Below, piece after piece: positions 37,968-46,066 of a stretch of DNA of 64,000 bases. This DNA comes from a virus. Numbering within the stretch: position 1 is the first letter of the stretch; each line of letters opens with the position of its first letter. The position numbers were made by a program, and so were the translations under genes. The notes beneath the pieces are model-generated. The model ran no database searches, was not told the DNA's origin, and worked only from the letters and a program-made list of their open reading frames with translations. Where the stretch lies: the IMG/VR virus record IMGVR_UViG_3300010389_003143, positions 16,059 to 80,058 of that record; one strand, 5' to 3'.

Positions 37968-38255
37968 TTAGTTTTCTCCATATATATTTCTAATTGTTCT
38001 CGAATCACCGGACCTAACTTTATTAGCAATTTTTTTGGCTTCTTCTTTTATCTCGCTAATAATTGTTTCTTTATCCTTTTTTATCTTACTAGATAAAGTG
38101 CCAAATGTTTGAGTGAATTCGCAAATATCGTTGCATTTATTACACTCTATTTTTTTAAAATGACCAGAATTTTTCAGCTCTAAATAGAGGGCTATAGAAA
38201 AGCTGTATTCCACCTCTTCTGAGCAATTAGTGCAAGAATATCTGTATTTAGCCAC
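37968..38255 (-). CDS. FmdB-like zinc-ribbon protein
   Basis: MAKYRYSCTNC...CNKC; ends 3 nt before the prkA start. Confidence 0.65.
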   Translation of the reverse strand: MAKYRYSCTNCSEEVEYSFSIALYLELKNSGHFKKIECNKCNDICEFTQTFGTLSSKIKKDKETIISEIKEEAKKIANKVRSGDSRTIRNIYGEN

Positions 38256-38441
38256 CTACTCTTCCTCTTCTGAATTATATATTACGATATCTTTTTCTAC
38301 TTTTAGCTTGCCAGCTAAAGAAAAATCTCTTAATATTTTCTTTTTAAATTTCGCGTCGGTAACCCTAATTGTTATCTCTAGGTCATTAGACTTTGGGTTG
38401 TATAGAAAGTTTTTTATCTTACCTATTTCTTTTTCCGTCAT
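38256..38441 (-). CDS. Hypothetical protein
   Basis: Tightly packed in the operon. Confidence 0.55.
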   Translation of the reverse strand: MTEKEIGKIKNFLYNPKSNDLEITIRVTDAKFKKKILRDFSLAGKLKVEKDIVIYNSEEEE

Positions 38442-38766
38442 AAAGCGACTCTATTGCTGTTTTGATATGAGGGTTGTCTATTTCATTCAAAAGAAATAGC
38501 AGATCTGTTTGAGGCAGTTTTTCTATTTTAGCAATTGATGACAGTGGCACATGCAATATAAAGCTAGGCTTTTCACCTGCAGATAATCCTTCAAAATCAT
38601 CGCTAATCGGCACAACTGCAAGTGAGTCATCTTTCATGCTAATGCTATTTACTATATATTTTTTAGAAATATCTGCATATATTGTTTTTAAAATAATTAA
38701 GTCATTTTTGCGAATAGATTCGATGTTATATTTCATTTTCATCACCAAAATCTTCCGCCCAGTCAT
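38419..38766 (-). CDS. Hypothetical protein
   Basis: Tightly packed in the operon; true start probably a downstream Met. Confidence 0.5.
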   Translation of the reverse strand: MTGRKILVMKMKYNIESIRKNDLIILKTIYADISKKYIVNSISMKDDSLAVVPISDDFEGLSAGEKPSFILHVPLSSIAKIEKLPQTDLLFLLNEIDNPHIKTAIESLYDGKRNR

Positions 38767-40093
38767 CCGGCATATCTTCTATTCTAGAGTTTGGAAATAC
38801 CTTTCTTAGCGATACTTTGCCCTTCGCACCGTCTCGGTTTTTAACTATATGGATCTCCATATCTTCGCGAAGGCGCTCGTCTTCCCTGTTGGCTATTATA
38901 AACACGACCGCAGCGTTATCTCCAATCATTTTTGAGCGTCCAAGATCTTCGAGAGAGACATCGTCAAGCTTTTTGCCGCCGGTCTTTTTCTGCTGAGCCT
39001 TTCTTTGCGCCGCAGTTACAACTGGAATATTCTTTTTCCTGCAAAACTCATGAAGCTCCTCTGACACTCGGCCTACATCTAGCCAATCTGATCCAACCTG
39101 ACCTATCGTGGGCTTCATTAGCTGCAGGTAATCCACGAATACAGCATCTGGCTTGAAAACTCCAAGAAGATTTTCATACTTAGCCTCGATCTCCCCCATT
39201 GTTGTTCCGCGAGGCATGTCCAGAACGTAAAATACTTTATCATAATCTTTTTGAAAATCTAAATTAGCAAGCCATCTCTTTTCTTCTACGTCGGTAAGCT
39301 GCGCTCTTGCGATGCCTCTGTGTCTTACATTTGCCACATTTGCATCCACCCTTTGCTCTAGCTGCTTTTTGCTCATCTCAAGAGATATATAAAGAACATT
39401 TTTTCCATCGTTGAATCCGGTAACGCCCTCAGACGGGACGTTGCTTCCAAGCCATGCATTAATTGCCATGTTCATCATCAACATTGACTTACCAGAAGAG
39501 CTTGCGCCGCCAATTACAAGCATCTCAGAGTTTTTAATGCCCCAGGTGTAATCATCCAGCTCTTTGTAACCAGATAGAAAACCTCTAATTTCATCCGGGT
39601 TCTCCATCGTATATTTATAGTCGTCCACTCTTGAGTCAACGGACTGAGTTACGTTGCCCTCGGTAAAAACGTCAGATTTATAGAGCCTTTCTGTTTTGGA
39701 TATTATCCTTTTTAGCTCATCGTTGTAGTCGACCAACGATTCATAATCCGAATCCAGCTCTTCTGCTTTTTCTGCAAGACGATCGATTAGATATTTGTTA
39801 TATCTTTCTTTTATTCGATCAATATAGAAGCCTATTTCATTAGCGCTACAACTTTCACCTCTGATAAAGTCTATTATTTCGGTCTCTTCCTCTTCTGCAT
39901 CAAGAAGCTTTTCCAGAACCTCATACGATGGAGGACTCTTGTGTCTGGAGTAATAAGAGTGAATTTGAAGTGTAGCAGGCTTAAAGCTTGGGAGGACAAC
40001 CAGCTTCAAGAGATCAAACTCTATCTGCATATAAACATCATTTACATTGGATGATCCCTTGAGCATCCAATTTAAAATTTTGGCATCATGCAT
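38726..40093 (-). CDS. dnaB: Replicative DnaB-like helicase
   Basis: GGASSSGKS, ISLEMS, VDYLQL, TAAQ, IVKNRDG. Confidence 0.92.
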   Translation of the reverse strand: MHDAKILNWMLKGSSNVNDVYMQIEFDLLKLVVLPSFKPATLQIHSYYSRHKSPPSYEVLEKLLDAEEEETEIIDFIRGESCSANEIGFYIDRIKERYNKYLIDRLAEKAEELDSDYESLVDYNDELKRIISKTERLYKSDVFTEGNVTQSVDSRVDDYKYTMENPDEIRGFLSGYKELDDYTWGIKNSEMLVIGGASSSGKSMLMMNMAINAWLGSNVPSEGVTGFNDGKNVLYISLEMSKKQLEQRVDANVANVRHRGIARAQLTDVEEKRWLANLDFQKDYDKVFYVLDMPRGTTMGEIEAKYENLLGVFKPDAVFVDYLQLMKPTIGQVGSDWLDVGRVSEELHEFCRKKNIPVVTAAQRKAQQKKTGGKKLDDVSLEDLGRSKMIGDNAAVVFIIANREDERLREDMEIHIVKNRDGAKGKVSLRKVFPNSRIEDMPDDWAEDFGDENEI

Positions 40094-40764
40094 TATTTTC
40101 TCCGATAATCTTTGCCGCCAACGATAAACACGTCGACATGTCGTGACCTAAGTGATTTGAAAGATTTTGCGAAGAACCCCCCAAATATAGAATCTAAGTC
40201 ATTATCATTTGAGCATAATATGGTCGGCAATTGGTTCTGGAACCTTGTTCGCAAAACATACTCAAGAGAAGTACCAAATAGCTGCTCGGCCTTCTCGGAT
40301 GGAAAAATCCAATGAGATGAAAATTCATCTATAACGAGAAAGTCCTTGCCGATGAGTTCCTCATAGTATTTCGAGGTATCCATCTGGCTGGATAGCATGT
40401 TTGCAACAACATCCGCCATAGTTGTGTATAGTGCCGAATACCTATTTGCTATCGCAAGTTTTAATATGCAACATGCGGTATAGGTCTTCCCGGTACCAAG
40501 ATTTCCTGCAAAGATTAGCGACTTACCTGCATCATATAGGGCGTCTATATCTTCTATTCTTTGCTTTATCGTTCTCTTAAAGTTTGGGTCACCCTCAAAG
40601 TCCTTGAAAGACTTCGACCAATACTCTACCGGAATATTCGCGGAACAATATTTGTCTAGTCTTGCGGATTTTGCCTCGCACCTTATGCAACCATCTCCTG
40701 AACAGGCGGTACAAGACTCCTTAACCTGCTCTTTTTTTCTCTCAATCTTTTTCCTCGGAATCAC
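40093..40764 (-). CDS. DnaC/IstB-like helicase-loader ATPase
   Basis: Zn finger CTAC...CIRC; GNLGTGKT; LVIDEF; R...LPTILCSN; adjacent to dnaB. Confidence 0.85.
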   Translation of the reverse strand: MIPRKKIERKKEQVKESCTACSGDGCIRCEAKSARLDKYCSANIPVEYWSKSFKDFEGDPNFKRTIKQRIEDIDALYDAGKSLIFAGNLGTGKTYTACCILKLAIANRYSALYTTMADVVANMLSSQMDTSKYYEELIGKDFLVIDEFSSHWIFPSEKAEQLFGTSLEYVLRTRFQNQLPTILCSNDNDLDSIFGGFFAKSFKSLRSRHVDVFIVGGKDYRRK

Positions 40765-41143
40765 TCTCTACCTCGAATAATAGATTTGATTTTATATCCT
40801 TATCTCCAAAGAATACAGAAAATTCATCCTCATCTTTTGAGCCAACTAAAGATGATGGAATCGAAAGGGTAGAATCTGCATACGATATTCCGTTCATTGG
40901 GAAGTCATTGGCAGGCCCACTTGGGCGACCCTCCGGAACAGGATAGTCGTAGCCTGCTTTTTCGTCAACAGGTTTTTGCAAAACAGACATACAAGCTACC
41001 TTATCCCTCATTATAATCGATAGAATATCATTATTTTCTATAATAATTTTTTGATCTTTAAAAATCTTTACCCGACCTGATATTTGCCAGCCACCGTCTA
41101 AATAGAATACGACGTTCTTTCCTATTATAACTGAATTATCCAT
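40742..41143 (-). CDS. Hfq/Sm-like domain protein with acidic tail
   Basis: From MDNS at 41143: VVFYLDGGWQISGRVKIFKDQKIIIENNDILSIIMRDKVACM aligns by eye with the Hfq Sm1/Sm2 pattern. Confidence 0.5.
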   Translation of the reverse strand: MDNSVIIGKNVVFYLDGGWQISGRVKIFKDQKIIIENNDILSIIMRDKVACMSVLQKPVDEKAGYDYPVPEGRPSGPANDFPMNGISYADSTLSIPSSLVGSKDEDEFSVFFGDKDIKSNLLFEVESDSEEKD

Positions 41144-41360
41144 CTTTTGAATTATCTTCCTTTTTATCACAGCCCATATTGCGAGCCACCTTTGCTGCTC
41201 TGGCTCTTCCGGCAGATTTGTGAACGTAGCTGCCATCTATTGAGTCTATTTCCAGCTGACAGTAAACGGAGCAAAACGGGCTTGGCGATGTGTCGTAGTA
41301 ATTATATCTTTTTCCACAGACTGAGCAGCTTACGTTATCTCTCAACAATTCATCCTCCAA
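41136..41360 (-). CDS. YacG-like zinc-finger protein
   Basis: CSVCGK...PFCSVYCQLEID resembles YacG CxxC...PFCSxRCxLID. Confidence 0.5.
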   Translation of the reverse strand: MEDELLRDNVSCSVCGKRYNYYDTSPSPFCSVYCQLEIDSIDGSYVHKSAGRARAAKVARNMGCDKKEDNSKDG

Positions 41361-41562
41361 GGATGTACATAGTTGTGTACTCTCGCTTTATCCACAGCCC
41401 TTTATTGTACTCAAATTTATTTGAATAAGGCATGCACAGTCCTCTCATGGCATTTCTAATGCCCTGAGGCGTTACTGATAGTTTTTTAGCTAATTCTTCC
41501 GCAGAATAACTTACTTCATATCTTGTTCTTTTTATTATCTTTTTTTGTAGATCTGTAAACAT
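41350..41562 (-). CDS. Small HTH DNA-binding protein
   Basis: SAEELAKKLSVTPQGIRNAMRGL; likely start MFTDLQ. Confidence 0.6.
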   Translation of the reverse strand: MFTDLQKKIIKRTRYEVSYSAEELAKKLSVTPQGIRNAMRGLCMPYSNKFEYNKGLWIKREYTTMYILGG

Positions 41563-41564
41563 AT

Positions 41565-42467
41565 TTAAAATCCAATAAATTTTTTGGCCGTGCCAACGTA
41601 AGATTGCCCAAACCACGCCATATCCAAGTAGCTTTCAAGAAATTTCTCCATCGCCTCCACGATTGGTAGATTCCAGTCTAATTCATTAGACATTTCTAAA
41701 GCAGCTTCTTTTTGCCTTTTTTCCGCAGACCTAAGCACAGCAAGCGGATTAACTCCCAGTGAATTAAAGCTATAAGCAATTTCTCTTAGTCCGTCAATCT
41801 CATATTTTAACATTTTGCACTGCCAAGCGAACAAGCTTATAATCTGGAATGTTGAGAATTCGCCCAGAACCTTCGGGAGATGCTTTACTCCTAGCGCAAT
41901 GTGCCTTGCCTCATCTTTCTCATAATATATAAGCAAATCTGAAAGAATTGGCTCTACGTTATTTTTTCTTAATTGAGAAAATATAGATATTGCTACAGGC
42001 TCAACCATAAGCTGCATCCCAAGTAATCTTCTAGCCATATCTGACGCTGCTAAAACTTCATTCAATCCAACTTCTGAGTGCTCTGTCAAAAAGCCTCTTC
42101 CATCTGGCTCATAATCTAAAACTTTTCTCATGTAATCAAGCATAACATAAAAATGTCTTGCTTCATCGTGTGCCTGTGAAGTCGCGGCTAATTTAGCACC
42201 CATATCGTCTATTTCTGCCGCCAAAAAAGCTGAGGCTTTCCACGCTACTAGCTCTCCCCAAAGGATAAGAGTTAATATCCTTATTAAAGACCCTCTTTTT
42301 TCCTCACTCAGCGTTGGTTTTCCGTGCTTTTCGATAAGTTCTGAAAGAATCTTCCTTCCATCCCAAATATTATTTTGTCCCTTGTGATAAATATTGCTAA
42401 GAACCTTAGTCGAAGAGGCGAGGTGATCGTTATTTTCTTTTGCAATTTCAAAATTTATTCCAGACAT
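41565..42467 (-). CDS. Ferritin-like di-iron protein
   Basis: WGELVAW, QAHDEARHF, LMVEPVA, KDEARHIALG (two ExxH ligand pairs); likely start MSGINF at 42467. Confidence 0.8.
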   Translation of the reverse strand: MSGINFEIAKENNDHLASSTKVLSNIYHKGQNNIWDGRKILSELIEKHGKPTLSEEKRGSLIRILTLILWGELVAWKASAFLAAEIDDMGAKLAATSQAHDEARHFYVMLDYMRKVLDYEPDGRGFLTEHSEVGLNEVLAASDMARRLLGMQLMVEPVAISIFSQLRKNNVEPILSDLLIYYEKDEARHIALGVKHLPKVLGEFSTFQIISLFAWQCKMLKYEIDGLREIAYSFNSLGVNPLAVLRSAEKRQKEAALEMSNELDWNLPIVEAMEKFLESYLDMAWFGQSYVGTAKKFIGF

Positions 42468-42475
42468 TATTTCAC

Positions 42476-42679
42476 CTAAAGAATGAGCCCTCTTCTCCTC
42501 TGCTTTTCGTAATGGGGAGACGTAACCTCGCCTTCCCATTCGTGCTTGCAATCTTCATTACAGCAGCGCAAAGTTGCCTTCATATTCATATCCAAGGTTT
42601 TTGGATTGTGTGCCATCACTATAATATCAGTATATTGATAGTTTCCGCATTTTGGACATTTATTCAGTCTTTCGGCCAT
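42476..42679 (-). CDS. Zinc-finger hypothetical protein
   Basis: CPKC...CCNEDC. Confidence 0.5.
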   Translation of the reverse strand: MAERLNKCPKCGNYQYTDIIVMAHNPKTLDMNMKATLRCCNEDCKHEWEGEVTSPHYEKQRRRGLIL

Positions 42680-42897
42680 AGTTGCTTATCCTCTAAGCTC
42701 TTAGGGTTTAATGAGTTTTTGTCGCAATAACATTGTCCAACCTGCATAACTGGAGCATAGTTTTTGCATAGCCTAGCGCACTGCTCGTACTTATTGGACT
42801 TCAAGGCCATTCCGAAGCAATAAAGCGTTATGCATATTAAGGCAAAAGTACTCCAGTTTAAAGAAGTCCATCTTTCAATTCGGTGAAATATGCTCAT
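42664..42897 (-). CDS. Small membrane/Cys-containing protein
   Basis: TM helix then C...C...CYC; starts inside the 17-bp junction motif. Confidence 0.5.
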   Translation of the reverse strand: MSIFHRIERWTSLNWSTFALICITLYCFGMALKSNKYEQCARLCKNYAPVMQVGQCYCDKNSLNPKSLEDKQLWPKD

Positions 42898-43286
42898 GGC
42901 GCCACCTCCCGCCCTTCGGCGTCGAGTAGGACGAGGGTGCAGCTACACAGGTCAGCCAGTGCAGGCCCGACCCATTTTGCGATCTCGTGTCTAGGCCAAC
43001 TACGGTCGCTCAGGGCAGGGTAGTCCACCCACCACTGTGGGGTCGTTGTCGCCGCCGCAGTCGCACGATCCAGCCCCTCCGCCACCGGCTTCCCATCCCA
43101 CGCGAGGACGAGGGCATCGTGCTCCTCGATGCCCGCCGCTTTGCATCCTGCACGCCACCACGAGTTGCCTTTGCCGTCGTGGTCTAACCAAGCTGTCGGA
43201 GGACGGGCACCGCACGGCCCCTCCTTCAGCAGCCCGTGAGGGTCGCCCTTCTCGGGCACTAGCAAGACGGCGTGTACTTTACTCAT
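42894..43286 (-). CDS. Hypothetical protein (GC-rich cassette)
   Basis: GGAGG RBS; ATGA overlaps at both ends. Confidence 0.6.
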   Translation of the reverse strand: MSKVHAVLLVPEKGDPHGLLKEGPCGARPPTAWLDHDGKGNSWWRAGCKAAGIEEHDALVLAWDGKPVAEGLDRATAAATTTPQWWVDYPALSDRSWPRHEIAKWVGPALADLCSCTLVLLDAEGREVAP

Positions 43287-43555
43287 GGCGCATCCTCCAG
43301 CGCGCGAAGCCTCACCGGACCATCCCAGCGGTCACACCTCTGGCATCCGGTCCTCGCGAGAAACACACCATCAGCGGCCGAGACGATCTCCTGTCGGTCT
43401 GGCCCGCATTGACAGGCGTCACCGACCAGCACCACTACACACACGTCAGCGTGCGAGTTGTATCCATCAGCCCAGCCCCGGCAGTAGTCCTCGGACCCCT
43501 CCCTATAAGCAACGAACCCGGTATTCGTGAAGTGTCCGACTTTGGCTCTGCTCAT
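43283..43555 (-). CDS. Hypothetical protein (GC-rich cassette)
   Basis: GGAGG RBS; ATGA overlaps. Confidence 0.55.
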   Translation of the reverse strand: MSRAKVGHFTNTGFVAYREGSEDYCRGWADGYNSHADVCVVVLVGDACQCGPDRQEIVSAADGVFLARTGCQRCDRWDGPVRLRALEDAP

Positions 43556-43941
43556 GGCGCAGCCTCCAGTGCGGCCACAAGGGCCTCGGCAGTGGGGAGC
43601 CAGCCGTCCGTGATGTTGCCAGCCTCACCGCCAGAGCGGATCACGCGGGCCATGTCGAGGCACAGGTCAATGCGGCACTCGGGGTGTGCCTCCTGCACCA
43701 ACGTGATCAAGCCCAGCCGGGTCAGGTCGTCGGTGAGGTCTGGGACCATCGTAGGGTGAATGGTGTGCGGCACTCGACAAGCACGTACCGCTCCCCATGC
43801 CATAGGTAGGTCTTCTGGTACAAATGCCCGCATCCCCGGCAGCCAGCGAAAATGCCTACAGTTCACCAGCCTTTTCGCAAGGCTCGGCGGTGTTGTCTCG
43901 GTGCCACTCGTCGTGGTGTTTTCTACAGAAGCATCGGACAT
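43552..43941 (-). CDS. Phage protein of the RAVAC..WRWMPGM...PDL.D...EALVAALEAAP type
   Basis: AKRLVNCRHFRWLPGM...PDLTDDLTRLGLITLVQEA...EALVAALEAAP. Confidence 0.6.
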   Translation of the reverse strand: MSDASVENTTTSGTETTPPSLAKRLVNCRHFRWLPGMRAFVPEDLPMAWGAVRACRVPHTIHPTMVPDLTDDLTRLGLITLVQEAHPECRIDLCLDMARVIRSGGEAGNITDGWLPTAEALVAALEAAP

Positions 43942-44365
43942 CTAGCCACCTCTCTGTGTGGTACGAGTCGTGGTGCCACGCGTGCGGGCCGGAACACTCG
44001 CCGCCGTTGCCGCCGCAACACTCCACGTCCTGTGCTCGCGGCAGCCTGCCCGACTGCACGGCGTTGTTGACTGCTGCCTTGCACAGCATGTACCAACGTC
44101 GCTTTTGGTAGTAGGCACGATCTGTGGCTCGGCCTTTCTCACTCGCCCGGTACTTCTTCTTAGCCCTAGCCTGTGCTTCGCGACCCTTACGGCTCTGCCT
44201 GTACCGCTTGTAGGTTGCGGCACGCTCGGGCGATCCCTCTTTTGCTCGGCGGCGCTTCGCTTCGCACTCCTTGCACTTAGAGTAGCGCCCGTGCTTCCCC
44301 ATAGGGTTGCTCCGAAAGGCGTCAAGAGAGAGGTTCCGCTGGCATCCTGTGCATGTTTTGTCCAT
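43856..44365 (-). CDS. Zinc-finger plus HNH-like endonuclease
   Basis: CTGC...F...SKCKEC N-terminal finger; HHDSY...LDVRCFCRKHH...H beta-beta-alpha-Me motif. Confidence 0.65.
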   Translation of the reverse strand: MDKTCTGCQRNLSLDAFRSNPMGKHGRYSKCKECEAKRRRAKEGSPERAATYKRYRQSRKGREAQARAKKKYRASEKGRATDRAYYQKRRWYMLCKAAVNNAVQSGRLPRAQDVECCGGNGGECSGPHAWHHDSYHTERWLDVRCFCRKHHDEWHRDNTAEPCEKAGEL

Positions 44366-44441
44366 ACACCGCCACTAACCAGCTTCGGCATCCACCGCCA
44401 GCCGGGACAGGCGACGGCGCGTTGTGCTAAGTCATTCATCG

Positions 44442-44912
44442 TTAAACCCCGATTCCATCAAGTGTTTTTTGTAGTCTAGCGATCTCTGCCTCTAGGGTCT
44501 TTTTCTTTTTCTCTAAAGATTTCTTTATCTTTGGCTCTTGCGCTTTCTTCCACAAAGAAAAGTTAGCCTCATAGGCTGCAAGCTTTTTAGAATAATCTTG
44601 CATTCTTTTTTCGTAAGTCTTTAATTTCTTTTTATAAGAGGCCATCTCTTGATTATATCTAAGATTTTTGCATGGCACAAGAGCTTTGAACTCCATCGAT
44701 TCATAACGCCATTCATGCTTAATCTCTATATCAGACCAATCTTTTACTACAGGTTTATGATAATCAAATTTTTCGCAATATTCTTTGACAATATCTCCGA
44801 TAGCCGATATCTTAAATATGCCCTCGGGAAAGTCTATTGAAATTTTCTCAATCTTTATTTTTTCCGGAGGAGTCGGCTTTGTCGGCGCTCTTGGTTTCGT
44901 CGGCTTTCTCAT
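44442..44912 (-). CDS. Hypothetical protein with Pro/Lys N-terminus and coiled coil
   Basis: MRKPTKPRAPTKPTPP; C-terminal heptads. Confidence 0.6.
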   Translation of the reverse strand: MRKPTKPRAPTKPTPPEKIKIEKISIDFPEGIFKISAIGDIVKEYCEKFDYHKPVVKDWSDIEIKHEWRYESMEFKALVPCKNLRYNQEMASYKKKLKTYEKRMQDYSKKLAAYEANFSLWKKAQEPKIKKSLEKKKKTLEAEIARLQKTLDGIGV

Positions 44913-45123
44913 TTTGAATCCATTTATTATAAAAGTAAAGTGCGGCTGTAGATACTCCGCTACCCCGATAGGGTGTGCTTGAAATTATAATCAGCCTTTT
45001 ATCGCCTGTCAATAGTTTTCGCTGCTCTTCGGTAATTTCCTCAAAGCCCCTCGACCACTCTTTAAACTCCGGATCATCTGGAGAGTACAAAGGCAGGGGC
45101 AAATCCCACTTAATCCCCCTCAA
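44848..45123 (-). CDS. Small protein containing a terminase-like motif
   Basis: KRLIIISSTPYRGSG...YFYNKW. Confidence 0.45.
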   Translation of the reverse strand: MRGIKWDLPLPLYSPDDPEFKEWSRGFEEITEEQRKLLTGDKRLIIISSTPYRGSGVSTAALYFYNKWIQNEKADETKSADKADSSGKNKD

Positions 45124-45310
45124 CTACTTTCTCCTCTGGAACAATGCCGTAATCACGACTGTAGCGATAGGCAATCATCTTTGCTTTATTCATTTTAAGC
45201 AAAATTTCCAAAATCTCACCAAGACAATCTTCTACATCATCTTTATCTAGGTTATCTGATTCTCTTATTCTATCTATAGACCAGGAGAGCCTTCTCAATT
45301 CACTAATCAT
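45110..45310 (-). CDS. Hypothetical protein
   Basis: Overlapping gene chain on the coding strand. Confidence 0.5.
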   Translation of the reverse strand: MISELRRLSWSIDRIRESDNLDKDDVEDCLGEILEILLKMNKAKMIAYRYSRDYGIVPEEKVVEGD

Positions 45311-45611
45311 CTTTATCCTCCAGTGAGTATAGCCAATAAAAAGCGGTTAACTCTTCTTCGGGCTTTATATCCTTTATTGTTTTGAACATAATAAAGTCGC
45401 CCTGGATATAGGCCTCGCAGTTTGGATCTTCCGAATGATTAAAGAAAGCTCCAAGCGGAGTTCTTATATATCCATTTTCAAATCTATCATCTTTAACGTG
45501 AGCAATACCTAACTCTGTGTCTTTGGCTATGTGACTTTTGGAAAACAAACCATTGCCATCTATATCTGAAAATCCAATATATAAAAATTCTGGAAGAGGT
45601 CTGTAAGTCAT
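45303..45611 (-). CDS. SET-domain protein (putative lysine methyltransferase)
   Basis: GNGLF, FFNHSEDPNC, DIKPEEELTAFY (SET motifs I, III, IV). Confidence 0.85.
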   Translation of the reverse strand: MTYRPLPEFLYIGFSDIDGNGLFSKSHIAKDTELGIAHVKDDRFENGYIRTPLGAFFNHSEDPNCEAYIQGDFIMFKTIKDIKPEEELTAFYWLYSLEDKDD

Positions 45612-46066
45612 TTTGTATCCTTTTTAGATTCTTTTAATAATCTAATGGCTTCTTTTTCTTTTTCAATAAGATTGTAATTTTCAGGATTTAGAGTAATTAA
45701 AGCACATACAATACACTCTTTCATGGGTGCGCCGTGTCCACATAAGTTACATGTACATTCTTGCTCTAAAGGTCCGGAATCATAACCTGCATCACAACGA
45801 GCACAATCGTACCATTTTGAAGTATCTCTTGATAAAGATTTGCTCCAGTAGTTGGGGTCTGGAAAATCTGGATCTCTCAAAATCAAACCAACCGCTTCAC
45901 TTGTTGATCCGCACTCAATCCCAACGATTCTTTTTTGAACCAACTTTCCATCGAATTCTACCCATATTATTTCGTGAATCTTTGGTTCATCGCCCTTCTT
46001 TACAGTTAAAATTCTGCCTCTACCCGGTATGAAAGGGGTAATGTCAGGATTTCTATAGCACCTCAT
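45608..46066 (-). CDS. Protein with EF-Tu domain II-like N-terminus and Cys-rich C-terminus
   Basis: FIPGRGRILTV...RIVGIE...VGLILRD; CARC...CTC..C...C..C. Confidence 0.45.
   Translation of the reverse strand: MRCYRNPDITPFIPGRGRILTVKKGDEPKIHEIIWVEFDGKLVQKRIVGIECGSTSEAVGLILRDPDFPDPNYWSKSLSRDTSKWYDCARCDAGYDSGPLEQECTCNLCGHGAPMKECIVCALITLNPENYNLIEKEKEAIRLLKESKKDTK

Larger units (their letters stand above)
42893..43567 (-). repeat. Three copies of 17-bp junction motif GGAGGNNGCGCCATGAG (42893-42909, 43282-43298, 43551-43567)
   Basis: Read directly from the sequence; each copy holds an RBS and an overlapping ATGA start/stop. Confidence 0.85.

Noticed and set aside
42987-44479. Many overlapping plus-strand and alternative-frame ORFs (also 46181-46763 and 47613-48820)
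   Set aside because: Expected shadow ORFs in GC-rich DNA; the minus-strand chain has the RBSs and coupled junctions
44940-44980. Two small hairpins as a structured RNA
   Set aside because: The stems are only about 4 bp and lie inside a plausible ORF
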